The notes below the pieces were generated by a model that did no database searches, had not been told where the DNA came from, and saw only the letters and a program-made list of their open reading frames with translations. A stretch of DNA of 64,000 bases from Haliotis cracherodii (Eukaryota): the NCBI RefSeq assembly GCF_022045235.1, contig NW_027266330.1, forward strand, positions 496,001 to 560,000, in the 5' to 3' direction. A program made the position numbers and the translations under genes. Each line of letters starts with the position of its first letter. The stretch's first letter is position 1. This document shows positions 38,615 through 51,400 of the stretch, one piece after another.

Positions 38615-39959
38615 AAATCTGTGCAACGCCAGTAGCCTATTTTGGACAGCAGTCAACTGTTTGCCTCCGAGAGATGGATCTAATGTTCCATATCCGATTC
38701 CAGTCTTGAGTTAGACTTGTGCCTCATGCCGGGTGAGAACTTTGATAAGGACTATATAGTCGTGTGACTATGATGACATTATATCAGTGATTTGTGGCTT
38801 TCTATGTATCTGACACTGATCTAGATCAAACAAGTTTGAACTTTTTGTGCATTGAAAAAGTTTCTGTTTCTTCATGATAAAGAGATTGATATGCCTCATC
38901 ATTTGTATATAGCAATGTTTGAGTGAAGTATAGCCATAAAGGCTTCATGCTGTTTATTCCTTGTGTTGATATGTGGTATACCTTACTTGTATTGTGATAC
39001 TTAATTGTATTTACACATATATCTGCTGGCTTGTCAAAGTTGTTTTTTTGCTTAGAACTTAAAAGAAACATTTTTTTAGTTCTATTTTTTTGTGGTTTTT
39101 ATTTATAACAGGCACACATGCATGTATGTTACTACCGTGCCATTAGTAATTTGAACTAGTACCGGTACTACTATAGTATATGTAGTTTTGTGAATTTGCC
39201 TTAGTTAACCTAGGGATGGCACTTGTTTTTCTTAAGCTTAGGTAATCAAGGGACATAGATTGGTGATTGCTTGATGTGTGACTGAGTGGACTTTGAATAC
39301 ATTCTCAAAGTATGAATTAAATAGGAATAAATTCTTTATCACGTTGGTAGTTACTATATTTAGAACTCAAATTAGTGTTATTTGATAAAGCATATTTGAT
39401 AGATTTCACATATCACTGCACCAACACTGCATTATACTAACAATACTTCCTTTGTAGTATACAGGTCATAGTTCATCGGCCATTTGTATTTTGGGCTATT
39501 CTTCAAGGATTGGTTGATATATGGTCTCTGGTGTTGTTTCTTTGAGTTCTTCGTGACACTGAATAATTTTTTGCTTATGCGTTGCGCTGCGTGCCCGCGC
39601 TGTGCCTGAAATTGCTGCTTTGCCGCGTTGTACTCTACGTTTGCTGCTTCTCGCTTAACCGCGTTGTACATCACCTTTACTGCTTTGCTTCGTTGTTGCA
39701 TTGCTAGTCTACACTTTGTTTCTGATACTCGATATATTTATTAAGTACTACAAGCTCTTGACAACAGGTAGGTTTTATTACTGTACAAATAGTTTTTTTA
39801 CCTAGTCTATTCACTTCTCTCTCCGATACAGTGTGCATTTAAAGTGGCATTGCTACTATACTTTGGTATACCATATACCTTTTACTTCAACAACAACAGT
39901 TGTTGCTCGTTAGAGAGTTTGCATTTCACATTTAGTGAATATTTGCGCATTCATTCATT

Positions 39960-41204
39960 ATGGAACTCAGCAAGGAGGAACTCGGTAACATGGTGGAAGC
40001 ATTCCGAAAGGCAGGACTAAACCCCAAATCTGACACACCCGAGGATTTCAAGCATTGGGTTCAAGGATTATCACAGCAGGATATAGCCCCTGTGATTAAG
40101 AAGGAGCCTGAAGGAGAGAACCCAGAATCTGATATGAAATCATCCACAGTGACCTATCAAAACTTCCCTAAACTGCCTTTCTTTAGTGGAGAGCCTGGTA
40201 AGGATGCGGAGTATGACTTATGGCGCTATGAGGTGAACTGTTTATTGGACACACAGACCTATTCCAAGGGGACAATCTTACAAGCAATACGACGATCCCT
40301 AAAAGGAGAAGCAGCTTTAGCAGTGATGAAAGTGGGACCTAAGGCCACCATATCCGACATCTTATCAAAGCTTAAAAGTGCTTTTGGGACACTTAGAAGG
40401 AGCTCTGTACTTATGTCCAAGTTTTATAGTTCTTGTCAAGGAGAAAGCGAGGATGTCTCAGCATGGAGTTGTCGCTTGGAAAGGTTACTATATCAGTTAG
40501 CAGAGCAGAAGTCCATACCACCAGCTGAGCAAGATGAAATGTTGAGGACAAGATTATGGGATGGACTTAATCCATCTCTTAAAAGTCTGGCTGGATATAA
40601 GTATGAGTCAATCACAAACTTTGATGATCTCCGCCTTTGCCTCAGGGAAATGGAGTTTGATCTTCAACGAAACACAGCTGACACACCGAAGGTCAAGGCC
40701 AAACAAGCCACAGCTCATACAGCTAAAGCTGCAGTCACAGACTCATCTGGTCAGGACCTTTCTGAGATTAAGTCGATGTTCAAGGAGATGTACTCTGAGT
40801 TTGCTGATATGAAGGAACGACAGCAGCACATGACCGCTCAGATACAGCAACTGAAGCCTTCTCCATTTGTCCATTACAGCCACCAAGGACCTGCAGTTAC
40901 ATCATTCAGAGGTGGATATAACAGACATGGAGATAGAGGTCAATATAAACAGGGTAACGAAGGTTGGTCAGATACCCTTCCTGGTAAAGTATCATCTGCT
41001 CCTTCTGTGGTACAACAGCAGACTACTTCCCATTCACCCTCTACACCTTCCCCGGGTCAGTCTTCTTCACAGTCTCAGGAACCAGTCTGTTGGAGGTGTG
41101 GCTACTCAGGTCACCTTGCTTATGGATGTCGGGTCAGGTTGGACCATCGCCGCAAACCTTTAAACTGGAACAGGCCTATGGGCAGGGGGGACTATCAGGC
41201 CTAG
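39960..41204 (+). CDS. gag: Gypsy Gag (PNMA-like capsid + CCHC knuckle)
   Basis: PKLPFFSG, YDLWRYEV, IRRSLKGEA, QGESEDVSAWSCRLE, CWRCGYSGHLAYGC. Confidence 0.93.
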   Translation: MELSKEELGNMVEAFRKAGLNPKSDTPEDFKHWVQGLSQQDIAPVIKKEPEGENPESDMKSSTVTYQNFPKLPFFSGEPGKDAEYDLWRYEVNCLLDTQTYSKGTILQAIRRSLKGEAALAVMKVGPKATISDILSKLKSAFGTLRRSSVLMSKFYSSCQGESEDVSAWSCRLERLLYQLAEQKSIPPAEQDEMLRTRLWDGLNPSLKSLAGYKYESITNFDDLRLCLREMEFDLQRNTADTPKVKAKQATAHTAKAAVTDSSGQDLSEIKSMFKEMYSEFADMKERQQHMTAQIQQLKPSPFVHYSHQGPAVTSFRGGYNRHGDRGQYKQGNEGWSDTLPGKVSSAPSVVQQQTTSHSPSTPSPGQSSSQSQEPVCWRCGYSGHLAYGCRVRLDHRRKPLNWNRPMGRGDYQA

Positions 41205-41216
41205 GATCACAACCCC
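41159..41216 (+). promoter_or_regulatory. -1 programmed ribosomal frameshift signal (U UUA AAC + predicted pseudoknot)
   Basis: Heptamer in gag frame at 41159-41165, 6-nt spacer, stem AGGCCU-AUGG / CUAU-C-AGGCCU, loop G-run able to pair with CCCC 41213-41216; pol is in the -1 frame. Confidence 0.85.
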
Positions 41217-44200
41217 GAGGAACACCGTTAATGGACAGATTAGTAGGACATTCCAATGAAGTTGAAATAGAGGTTGAAAGTATTTCTGTTAGAGCTTTAT
41301 TGGATACTGGAGCAACTGTTTCATTTGTATCGGAATCCTTTTATGACAGTTATCTCAGTCATATACCCATACAAGCCTTAGACTGCATGTTGGACATTGA
41401 ACATGCTGGAGGGTCGTCTTTGCCATATAAAGGATTCGTGGAAGTGAACATTAAGTCTGTTGGTTGTGGCATCGACAAGGATACAGATACCTCATGTTTA
41501 CTCTTAGTTGTCCCTGATACCAGATACAACTGCAGGGTACCAGTCCTATTGGGAACCAATGTCCTTTTACATCTGTTGGAAGAATGCAAGGCCTTTAACG
41601 GAACAAGATTTCTTCAAAAAGGTGACTTGTACACACCATGGTATTTGACATTCAGGAATTTGGTCATACAGGATAGGGAGTTGACTAAGAATGGAGGAAA
41701 GTTAGGACTTGTCAAATCTGCAGAATACCACAGTATTTCCATACCGTCTAACAGTACAGTTACAATCAAAGGACAGTTGAGTCGTGGAATCCCATATCGT
41801 CAAGTATGTGCCCTCCTACAGGCTACAACAGTATCATCTGATTTGGATATTGCACCAACTCTTGTCACTTATGATTACCACCGCCCTGAGGAAATAGAGG
41901 TACTTGTGTCCAATATCACCACACAGACAGCTGTTATACACCCCAGAGCTGTTCTTTGTGAACTACAACCCGTTACAATTGAGAGTTTATCACCTGGAAC
42001 ACCTGTGGACTCTGACAATTTACTGGAACAAGTTGAAGTTGAACAGGATGGATTAACAAGAGAGGAGATAGCACAGGGACTTGAACTTATCATGAAGTTT
42101 AAACATATTTTCTCCAAAAGGGATGACGATTTAGGACACTCAACTATGGTTGAACACAGGATAGACTTACATGATGACATTCCATTTAAACAGAGACATC
42201 GTCGAATTCCACCTGGCATGTATAGTGAAGTGAAGAGCCATCTTCAAGATCTTTTGTCTGCTGGAGTTATCCGACCTTCACATAGCCCATGGGCCTCTAA
42301 TGTTGTCTTGGCGAAGCGCAAGGATGGACGATTGAGACTATGTATAGATTTTCGCGAGCTCAACCGACGCACGATCAAGGACAGTTATGCACTTCCGCGA
42401 ATTGAAGAACTTCTTGATTGTCTGGGAGGAATGAAATACTTCTCTGTTCTTGACATGAAAAGCGGATACCATCAGGTTGAAATGGCAGAAAAACATAAAC
42501 AGAGGACTGCGTTTACAGTTGGCCCGCTAGGGTTTTATGAATATAACAGAATGCCTTTTGGATTATCGAATGCACCAGCCACGTACCAAAGACTTATGGA
42601 AAAATGTTTGGAAGGACTCCACTTGAAAATTTGCTTGATATATCTGGATGATCTCATAATCTTTTCTAAGAACTATCAGGAACATGTAGAACGGCTTGAG
42701 CTTGTTTTCAGACGTCTTCAAGAATGTGGACTTAAGCTTGCCCCGAAAAAATGCAAATTCTTCAAGACGAAGGTACGTTATGTTGGATATATCGTATCAG
42801 CAGATGGAATAGAAGCTGACCCAGACAAGATTGACAAGATCAGACATTGGCCAACACCTACCACGGCAGAGGAAATAAGACGCTTTCTTGGATTCGCCGG
42901 TTATTATCGGAAATTTGTCAAAGATTTCTCCAAGATTGCCAGACCACTATCGGACCTTCTGCCCAAGACATCTCCAAAGAAGCACAGAATAGCCAAATCA
43001 AGGACTCAACAGGAATGGTATTGGGGATCAGCACAGGAAGAAGCTTTCAACCAGTTGAAGACCTGCCTTTCTACCCCACCAGTGTTGGGATATGCTGATT
43101 TCTCCAAACCATTTGAACTGCATACGGACGCAAGTACACAAGGTCTTGGAGCTGTTTTATATCAAGAAGAGGGAGGTAAACAACGTGTGATCGCATATGC
43201 CAGCAGAGGGTTGAGTAAATCAGAAAGGAATTATTCTGCACACAAATTGGAATTCTTATGTTTGAAATGGGCCATCTCTGAAAAATTCCATGATTACCTC
43301 TATGGAAACAACTTTGTTGTACTCACGGACAATAACCCACTCACCTATGTCTTGACGACAGCTCACCTCGATGCAACGGGACACAGATGGTTGGCGGCCT
43401 TGTCAAGTTATAACTTCACCATCACCTACAGACCAGGAAAACGTAATGTAGACGCTGATGCTTTGTCCAGATTACCGAAAAGGGATGACACTGACACAGA
43501 AGAACTATCTACGGATCTAGTAAATGCAATCTGTAACAAGGTTCAGGTCTCTAGCTTGGTGGAAACCTTGTGTCTGTCTGCTGATGTTATAGGTGATGAT
43601 GACTCAGAAGTATTTGATGACAAGTGCCACAACAATGCCAAGGAATGGAGTCACGCTCAACGTAGAGACCCAGCTATTGCCACAATTATGGACAGTCTTG
43701 AAGTTGGACATAAACCCGACAGGACTCTATATATTGGAGACAAGGAAATGACCTCACTGTTAAAGAGCTACCATCATTTTAAGATCAAAAATGGAGTTTT
43801 ACACAGAATCACCTGTCCAAAGGACTCGGAGCAGGAACAGCTTGTATTACCTTCCAGATGTAGATCAGCAGCCCTTCGTAGCTTGCATGACAATGTCGGA
43901 CACCCTGGGAGAGACAGGACATTTTCCCTGCTGAAAGAACGTTTTTTCTGGCCAGGCATGGCACGTGATGTTGACATGCATCTACAGACATGTGAACGGT
44001 GTGTCAAGAGGAAAGCAACTACAGACAGAGCCCCGTTAGTTAACATCGAGACCACCCAACCACTAGAGTTGGTTTGCATGGATTTTCTTACCTTAGAATC
44101 GTCAAAGGGAGGACATCAGTACGTGCTAGTAATCACTGATCACTTTACTAGATACGCCCAAGCTTATCCTTGCAAGAACACCTTGGCCAAAACCACGGCA

Positions 44201-45574
44201 GATCTATTCTTCAACAACTTTGTCAGTCACTACGGGTTACCAAAGAGGATCCACTCCGACAAAGGTGCTAACTTTGTTGGAAATCTGATGACAGAGCTCT
44301 GTAAGCTATTAAGAATTGACAAGTCCTCCACTACCCCATATCACCCAATGGGTAATGGAATGTGTGAAAGATTTAACAGAACTCTGTTGAACATGTTGGG
44401 AACACTGGATCCAGAAGCTAAGAAAGATTGGAAGACACAGGTAGCGCCCTTAGTGCATGCCTATAACTGTACAAAGCATGAGACCACCAAGCACTCTCCA
44501 TACTTTCTCATGTTTGGAAGACACCCAAGACTTCCCATAGATTTAGCCTTTGGCCTTGACATAGACCCAGTAAAGCCAAGATCTATGCTCAAGTATACAG
44601 AGTCCTTGAGAAAGAGACTACAACAGGCATATGAACTGGCTGCAGAAAAAGCAAAGATATCACAGAACAAGCAGAAGGAGAATTATGATCAACGAGCCAG
44701 AGCTGCTGTTTTGGAAATAGGCGACAGAGTACTAGTGAAGATTGTAGCCTTTGAAGGTCGCCATAAAATCGCTGATAAATGGGAAAACGATGTCTATGTT
44801 GTCATCAACCAGCCAAATGCATCTGTGCCCGTATACCAAGTAGGGAAAGAGAATGGTGAAGGACGAAGAAAGACCCTTCATAGGAATCTCTTGCTTCCTG
44901 TAGGATCTCTACATCAACAGGATATTCCAGTGCCAAAGCCACGTAGATCTTTACCATCAGCACCAGTATCTAAGACAGTGCCAAAGCTACGTAGGGTTTT
45001 ACCATCAGCACCACTCTCTAAGACAAGATCATCACGGAGATTACAAGGAAAAGAACCTGATCCTGAAGATAGTGACGAAGAATCTGTGATAGTCCCCATC
45101 ACTTCATTCCAACCGTCAGTTTCGAGTGCTGAAGCAGTCGATGGGCCAACTGAGGTTATAGCAGAGGAGGACACAAGAGTCACTGCGATGGATGATGATG
45201 ATGCAGAGGAATCGACAGATCTACTTACTCCAGATCAAGAGCAGGAAGAGGAATCATCTTCTGAGGAAGCTTCTCCCGATGACGTCACAGTGCTTCAAGA
45301 AGTCACGCCTGTAGTTTCGGAAGAAACACCAGATCGGGATACAGGTGATGATGACGTCGCACCGACAGATAACCCTCCACCCCCAAGAAGATCCACCCGT
45401 GAAAGAAGTAGACCACAGTGGATGGAAAGTGGAGATTATGTCATGTCAGTTACCATGGATACAGACTGGAGGAGACGAGCAGAGTACCTGGCATCTCTGA
45501 TTGGAACTGGTGTGCTGGATGATGTCAGTGCTCGTAACACACTTCTCAACCTCATCTCTGGATGCAGCAAATGA
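41159..45574 (+). CDS. pol: Gypsy Pol (protease, RT, RNase H, integrase), expressed by -1 frameshift
   Basis: LLDTGA, RLCIDFRELN, YLDD, TDAS, HHCC zinc finger, D,D,E integrase, acidic tail with RRSTR; no stops. Confidence 0.95.
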   Translation, partial: FKLEQAYGQGGLSGLGSQPRGTPLMDRLVGHSNEVEIEVESISVRALLDTGATVSFVSESFYDSYLSHIPIQALDCMLDIEHAGGSSLPYKGFVEVNIKSVGCGIDKDTDTSCLLLVVPDTRYNCRVPVLLGTNVLLHLLEECKAFNGTRFLQKGDLYTPWYLTFRNLVIQDRELTKNGGKLGLVKSAEYHSISIPSNSTVTIKGQLSRGIPYRQVCALLQATTVSSDLDIAPTLVTYDYHRPEEIEVLVSNITTQTAVIHPRAVLCELQPVTIESLSPGTPVDSDNLLEQVEVEQDGLTREEIAQGLELIMKFKHIFSKRDDDLGHSTMVEHRIDLHDDIPFKQRHRRIPPGMYSEVKSHLQDLLSAGVIRPSHSPWASNVVLAKRKDGRLRLCIDFRELNRRTIKDSYALPRIEELLDCLGGMKYFSVLDMKSGYHQVEMAEKHKQRTAFTVGPLGFYEYNRMPFGLSNAPATYQRLMEKCLEGLHLKICLIYLDDLIIFSKNYQEHVERLELVFRRLQECGLKLAPKKCKFFKTKVRYVGYIVSADGIEADPDKIDKIRHWPTPTTAEEIRRFLGFAGYYRKFVKDFSKIARPLSDLLPKTSPKKHRIAKSRTQQEWYWGSAQEEAFNQLKTCLSTPPVLGYADFSKPFELHTDASTQGLGAVLYQEEGGKQRVIAYASRGLSKSERNYSAHKLEFLCLKWAISEKFHDYLYGNNFVVLTDNNPLTYVLTTAHLDATGHRWLAALSSYNFTITYRPGKRNVDADALSRLPKRDDTDTEELSTDLVNAICNKVQVSSLVETLCLSADVIGDDDSEVFDDKCHNNAKEWSHAQRRDPAIATIMDSLEVGHKPDRTLYIGDKEMTSLLKSYHHFKIKNGVLHRITCPKDSEQEQLVLPSRCRSAALRSLHDNVGHPGRDRTFSLLKERFFWPGMARDVDMHLQTCERCVKRKATTDRAPLVNIETTQPLELVCMDFLTLESSKGGHQYVLVITDHFTRYAQAYPCKNTLAKTTADLFFNNFVSHYGLPKRIHSDKGANFVGNLMTELCKLLRIDKSSTTPYHPMGNGMCERFNRTLLNMLGTLDPEAKKDWKTQVAPLVHAYNCTKHETTKHSPYFLMFGRHPRLPIDLAFGLDIDPVKPRSMLKYTESLRKRLQQAYELAAEKAKISQNKQKENYDQRARAAVLEIGDRVLVKIVAFEGRHKIADKWENDVYVVINQPNASVPVYQVGKENGEGRRKTLHRNLLLPVGSLHQQDIPVPKPRRSLPSAPVSKTVPKLRRVLPSAPLSKTRSSRRLQGKEPDPEDSDEESVIVPITSFQPSVSSAEAVDGPTEVIAEEDTRVTAMDDDDAEESTDLLTPDQEQEEESSSEEASPDDVTVLQEVTPVVSEETPDRDTGDDDVAPTDNPPPPRRSTRERSRPQWMESGDYVMSVTMDTDWRRRAEYLASLIGTGVLDDVSARNTLLNLISGCSK

Positions 45575-45605
45575 TGTGGACACCATTTTGTTGCAGGGGG
45601 AAATG

Positions 45606-46773
45606 TGTAACAGGGATTTATTTAGCTAAGTTATGTCGTGTACATAAATGTATAATTAATCATTTTAATCTTATTTCACGTTTTAGGTATCCGGCAGACG
45701 ACGATTGGTTTATATATATACAAGTTGAAATTAGTTGTCAGTCCGTCTGTCTCTTGCTTTTATGTTTACTGCACAATTCTGTGTCACAGGGCTGGTCACA
45801 TTTTGGTTATAAGGGTATTTGGGTTGGTCTATTTTCATGTCATTGTCTTTGGTGTTTTAACAATAGCCCAGGCCAAGCTTCTCACTTGATTGGTCCTGTT
45901 TTCAAATATACATGTCATCCGCCATGTTACTAACCAGTCACACTATCACTGAATGAGGATTGTACACCTGCTTGATTTTTTGCACAACTCAAAGGTTAGT
46001 TAGTATACATTTTAGTTGTTATATAAATTGTAAATTAAAGTCTAATATAAATCATATATAAAATAGGTATAAATATGTTCATGATCAACCTAGTGTAAGT
46101 ATATATACAATCTACCATTTAACCTGTATGAATGTGCGTATGGTTTGTTTTCTATGTTTAATCTGGTCAATATGCTGGCTAGAAATTATTGTTTTGTAAA
46201 TGTTTACTGTATGGTGTAACATTGATATATCATGAATCCTGTATTGTTGATAAAATTGTAGACTTTCATTGTGGTGGTCACTATTATGTATATATGTTTC
46301 ACTTAGTATAATGGTAGCCCTTGATCAATGTATTATCCCTTATATAGGTTTACTATACGAGTTTGCTGTCGGGCTACTTGGTGCGTGGACTCACTCCCGT
46401 GTCACCCACAGGGCAGGTTTCTTTGTACAGACTCTATGGTCTGTTTCATTATTAGGCCATGTTATATTTTATAGTCTTCATGTCAACAGATACTTTGTTC
46501 ATCACATGTAAACATGTAATCATATAAAGTCATTTGTGTAATGTATTACTGTGTAATACCTGTATATGATGATATATATGCGCATTTATGTACTTAGTTC
46601 ATAATGATGATAGGTTGACCACGTGTGATTTTAAATCACGTATATTGTTTATTTTTATTATTATTACAGAGTGCCTTCTTCCACTACGCTGGAATAAACC
46701 GATTGTACCTCACAACCCGTAGCCTGTGGTTTATGTAATAACCCCCTAACACCACTATATCATGGCTGCAACA
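45606..46773 (+). repeat. 3' LTR
   Basis: Copy of 37429-38596 at offset 8177. Confidence 0.97.
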
Positions 46774-47213
46774 TAAGCCCGTAAAAGCAATAAATACTGT
46801 CCACTGAAGTTTCTGTCTTTTTCATTTTATTCCCGCCATTGCTCATTTGCATACAACACCAGAAGTTCTTCCACTTCCTGTATAAAACTGGATTAACAAC
46901 CGGACTGAGCCAGGACAAATATATATATAACTAGAAAGTGTTTTTACTCGTAAAAACATATGTCTCCCCCCACTCCCCTAACCCCCATTCATTCGTTTAT
47001 TTCACGTTAAACCCCAACAACTAATGGGCACCACTTCAGGACTTGGTTAATATGTTACAACTTCATGAAATAATATTGAACAGTTTTTGAGTTATGGTCA
47101 GGAAACAAAGCTTACCCCCATTCAGAGCCTATGTTCAACTTATCTCCATGGAAACGAGAAAAAATAAAAATGTCAAAAATCTCTAAATAGCAAAAGGCAC
47201 CACTTCAGTGCTG

Positions 47214-47437
47214 GCGTGTCAGCTTAATGTGGGAGGAAAGCGCGGAGTGATGCAGGTCTCAGACGTTTACCACTTCGGTGAAACCCACGAGCACGGGTAT
47301 GGTGCTGACAAACCTAGAAACATAATCGGGGCGAACCGGGATTCGAACCCTCATTCATAGGTTTCTGGCCTGCCCAAGGGACGCAACTCTGCACAGCGAA
47401 TCGCGGCGCCTTAGACGACTGGGCCACCCGTGCCCCC
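47214..47437 (-). mobile_element. tRNA-derived SINE, second copy (tail missing)
   Basis: Aligns to 37061-37284; A box TGGCCCAGTCGTCTAAGGCG, B box GGTTCGAATCCC. Confidence 0.75.
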
Positions 47438-48481
47438 CATCAAACATAGAGCTGCTGGTAGAAGAGGAAGGTCATCAAGTACAAGAATATATTATTCACC
47501 TGAACTTAATCTGAACTTTGGATAAACAATATATAATAATTTGTTCTTTATATTTGTAAACAAATGCTGTTGAAAGGTGATCACAATAGATAGCAATATC
47601 ACTATCGATGTAATATCAAACATAGCTTTCAGGTATCAAATACTAAATTTCCCCAATAGTTGTGAGGAATGTAATTAATATTCTGTCCGATGAAGGTGAT
47701 CACATGAAGCCCCTGTGAGCGGATGAGGACAAGAGCATCCTCTGTGACCACAGCAACAGAGACTGAATCTGGAAAGGGAAAAATGTCAAGTTTATACAAA
47801 CCATAACAGCTTGCTGTCTTCATATATAATGTTTCAATTACTTTTATAAATATTGAAAAAAAATTCCAAATCTGAATAGACTGTATATTATTTGTCATAC
47901 CTGAAAATTTAGACTGGATGAGAAGTCTCCTGACTGTCATCATCTCGGTGTGGTGGGAAACAGGGAGTCTCAGGATTGCTTAGGTTGTAAAACTGCATAC
48001 ATGCAGTGATGACAGCTATTGACTTCCCAGGATCAAATAACAGGCACCAAGAGGATTTTTGCAATCAACTCGAAAATAACTAGTGTCTCAGGATATTACA
48101 TCACAGGCAACAGTAGTAGTAACGTACTCCGTACTCAGCCCTGGTAGTTACACCCGAAGGTGAGACTGAGGTGTGCATTAGCGAGAGCCTACGTCCTCAT
48201 GTTGTCCAACTCAGCATCAACCAGGGCGGGTGCCATTCCACAAGGTGTCATCTGTATGTTCAGTAGGTGTCTTGTAGGGACATACACAGTACTAGTCCTC
48301 ACACATGACGTAACCAGCACATACCTTAACACAATGGAGTAGGCCATCAAAGTCAAAAGACATGATGCATTGTTTTCCACAAAGTCCTTCCCATAACCAT
48401 AAGCAATCTCTGCTAAATATATTTTTATGAATCACTATTAAATAGTGATACCAGATGTACTTTTTCACCATTTACTGAACG

Positions 48482-51400
48482 TCAAAGACCTCCTACAACA
48501 ATGGATATGCTGTCACTCCTTTCATCAGGGTTGTAACTTTTCCTATTTAGTTTTATGTCAGGAACATGTTCTACCTCACAGTCCACATTTGGAGTGGGTC
48601 CTCTTTCACTCACAAATACATCCGTCATTTCTTTATCCCCCCACATTTCTGCGATCATCAGTGGTGTCCTGCTGTATTGACCTCGACTGTTTTTGTCCAC
48701 CTTGCCCAGCTGGAGGACACGTTGAACAATATCCACATGTCCCCCAAGACAGGCCACATGGAGGATGTTGTCACCAGCATCATCAACCAGTGTCAGATCA
48801 GCTTCTTTATGAAGCAGCAGGTCAAAGACCTTTCTATGTCCCTTGTATGCTGCTGCCATCAATGGAGTCCTGCCAGACTGTCCTCTTCCATTGATGTCTA
48901 CATCGTCATGTGAGAGGATGTACTTCACAATCTCCTCATTCCCACCCCAACAGGCCAGTAGGAGGATGTTATTTCCATCTTTGTCTACCTCTGATGGGAA
49001 ACCCCCTTTACTTACAAGTAACTCAAACAGTTTCATTGATCCCTGCCGAGCTACGAACATTGCCGGTGTCCTCCCATCCAGGCCTGCACTGTGGATGTCC
49101 ACCTTGCCCAGTGACAGGACATACTTCACCATTGCAAAATTACATCCATAGCAGGCCCAGTGAAGAATGTTGTTACTGGCATCATCCACAAGTTTCAGAT
49201 CAGCTTCTTTTCTCACAAGCAAGACCAGCACTTCTCTGTGTCCCCTCCTTGCTGCCCACATCAATGGTGTCATGCCTCCATGTCCTTTCATGTTGATGTC
49301 CTCCAGACTCTGATCCAGGATGTCCTTTACTCCGTCTAGTTTCCCCTCCTTGCAGGCAGCAATGAGGTCAGTGTCCACTGCAACATCCAGATAATTGAAC
49401 CATGACAGCCAGATTATATTAGTGAGTAAATTAATGTTTAATATGAGTGAGATGTTTTCCAGTTAAATCAAGTCTGCTATATTGTCTTATTTGATGCAAA
49501 AGATCATATAGTCCCTGTTAAATATGATGATTAAATCACATGTACATTAAAAGCTACTCACAAACTGTAATATTAATCATTGGGATCGATGACATGCATT
49601 GTTCTGGTTTATATTTGTTGTGATTCTTTGTTTAAATTTTTCAGGAAAATTGTACGTTTTGGCAACCTTGCACCACTTAAAGACATCGCTCACAAACAAT
49701 TACTCAATGTATGTTTGGTCAACTTGTAAAGTAAATACTGTTAATAATTGGTAACAATTTCTAAGTTTCTTATGCAGAAACTGTGCTTAACTACACAATA
49801 TCTGCAACAGGAGGTGTTATTGAATTTATCACCTCAAACATAAATCACCACGTTGTACAATATTTGTGTCCATACCTTCATGCTGTGAAAGGAGTGGATT
49901 TGTGTCCTCCGTGGCTGCCATGCAGACTAGATAAGAAGAACAGAGCAGAAATATGAGAGCACGTTGTGGAGGTAGCATTGCCATAATAGACAGCCCCAGC
50001 CCCATCATTTGCTGAATGCCCCAAACCTTTCCTACCAGGAAAAAGTACCAGTAACCATTTTTAACTTTAACCACATCAGGTGACAGTTGCCCTCACACTT
50101 GCCCAATGCAGTACAACCCGGAAACAAAGAGCCAATGCCTCCGGTACCTTAATAACAAAGTCAACAATCGTCATCAGAAGATGTCAAATCCCCTATGTCC
50201 CTGACAAATTTGAAAGAACAAATCATCTGGCTGTTACTTTAAGTCCAACTTGATGAAAGAATTTCTATCTAATCTGTCTCTCCGTATTCAAGAGTAGTTA
50301 TTGAGCTATCAAAACAATAACATGGAATTGGGATTCTGAACTTTGTATTTCTATTTTAGGCACACATAACTAAAATGAGAGTCAAAAACAAACTTGTTGT
50401 CATGGAAACAATCAAATTTGTTAAATTCTTAAAAAGCAAAAGACACAACCTCAGTCCTTGAATAATGCATATACCAATTTTGGATGAAAAATGTTTGTAG
50501 TTCTGCTCCGGATACAACACTTACCACTGTTTCAGCTAAGCCTAACTTGTTTCCATGGAAACAGGGAAAAATCAAGTTGTTCTACGGAAACAACACCTAC
50601 CCTCACCCTTTGGAGATTAACTGCAAATTATTTCAAGGGAAATCAAGAAAACTAAAAATGACAAAAACCAGTAAACGGCTAAAAGGCACAACTTCAAGAC
50701 CTGTTGGATATATCTGCTAATTTTTGTTGAAAAAAATTGAATGGTTTTCGAATTGCGCTCCCTGCATATGTCGGGGGGAAAAGGACTTCTGGTCTTATAA
50801 CCTTGACCTACAATCTCAGTCATGAACTGCCATGAAACCAAAAGGTTTGTCACACTCCAATCATAAATGTATAGATGCAGTGTTAACACAAGCTTTTTGT
50901 TTATTTTCCACCGAGTGACCATGACATTCAACCTCATCCAACTGTATATAAAACATTGAAATAATCAGAAATTTCATGAAATTTGAACCATGATTCACAA
51001 TTTTACTTCTAGTGAACTTGACCTTATACAGGTCCGTGAATGTGATCGAGACCCTGCCTTAGAGATCATCTATACTAAGTGCAAATGTCCACAAAATTAT
51101 TGACACCTCCTATTGAGTGACATTTCAATGTCATTTCAGGGGAAAATAGGATGTATGACAGGGGTGAAGTCTCTAACATCTGTCATAAGCGTATGGTTGA
51201 CAAAACCAAGTACCAGAATTTGGGGATTAATTTATGAGAAGTCTATCTGTCAGTGTGAGTCTTGCGGGCATAAGGATTCAAGTTATCAACCCTGTATTAA
51301 GCCAAATAGACTCACACGGACATGTAAATTCACAATAAAAGACTGACAAATTGCAAAAACAGGAATTCTGTGGAGAAATTTGAATCGAGCAGGAACTGTT

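Larger units (their letters stand above)
37429..46773 (+). mobile_element. Intact Ty3/Gypsy LTR retrotransposon, about 9.3 kb
   Basis: 1168-bp TG...CA LTRs; TSD TAAG (37425-37428 and 46774-46777); PBS at 38598; PPT GCAGGGGGAAATG before 45606; open gag and pol in PR-RT-RH-IN order. Confidence 0.97.

Noticed and set aside
37388-46511. Duplicated 122/123-aa and 80-aa ORFs
   Set aside because: Chance ORFs within the two LTR copies.
47629-48380. Exon-like segments downstream of gene C
   Set aside because: Splice-like signals exist, but no consistent open frame or recognisable domain could be built.
49829-50074. Apparent signal peptide (MAMLPPQRALIFLLCSSYLV) suggesting a secreted ankyrin protein
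   Set aside because: The hydrophobic stretch is better explained as the translated polypyrimidine tract before the AG acceptor at 49927. The phase matches the upstream microexon.
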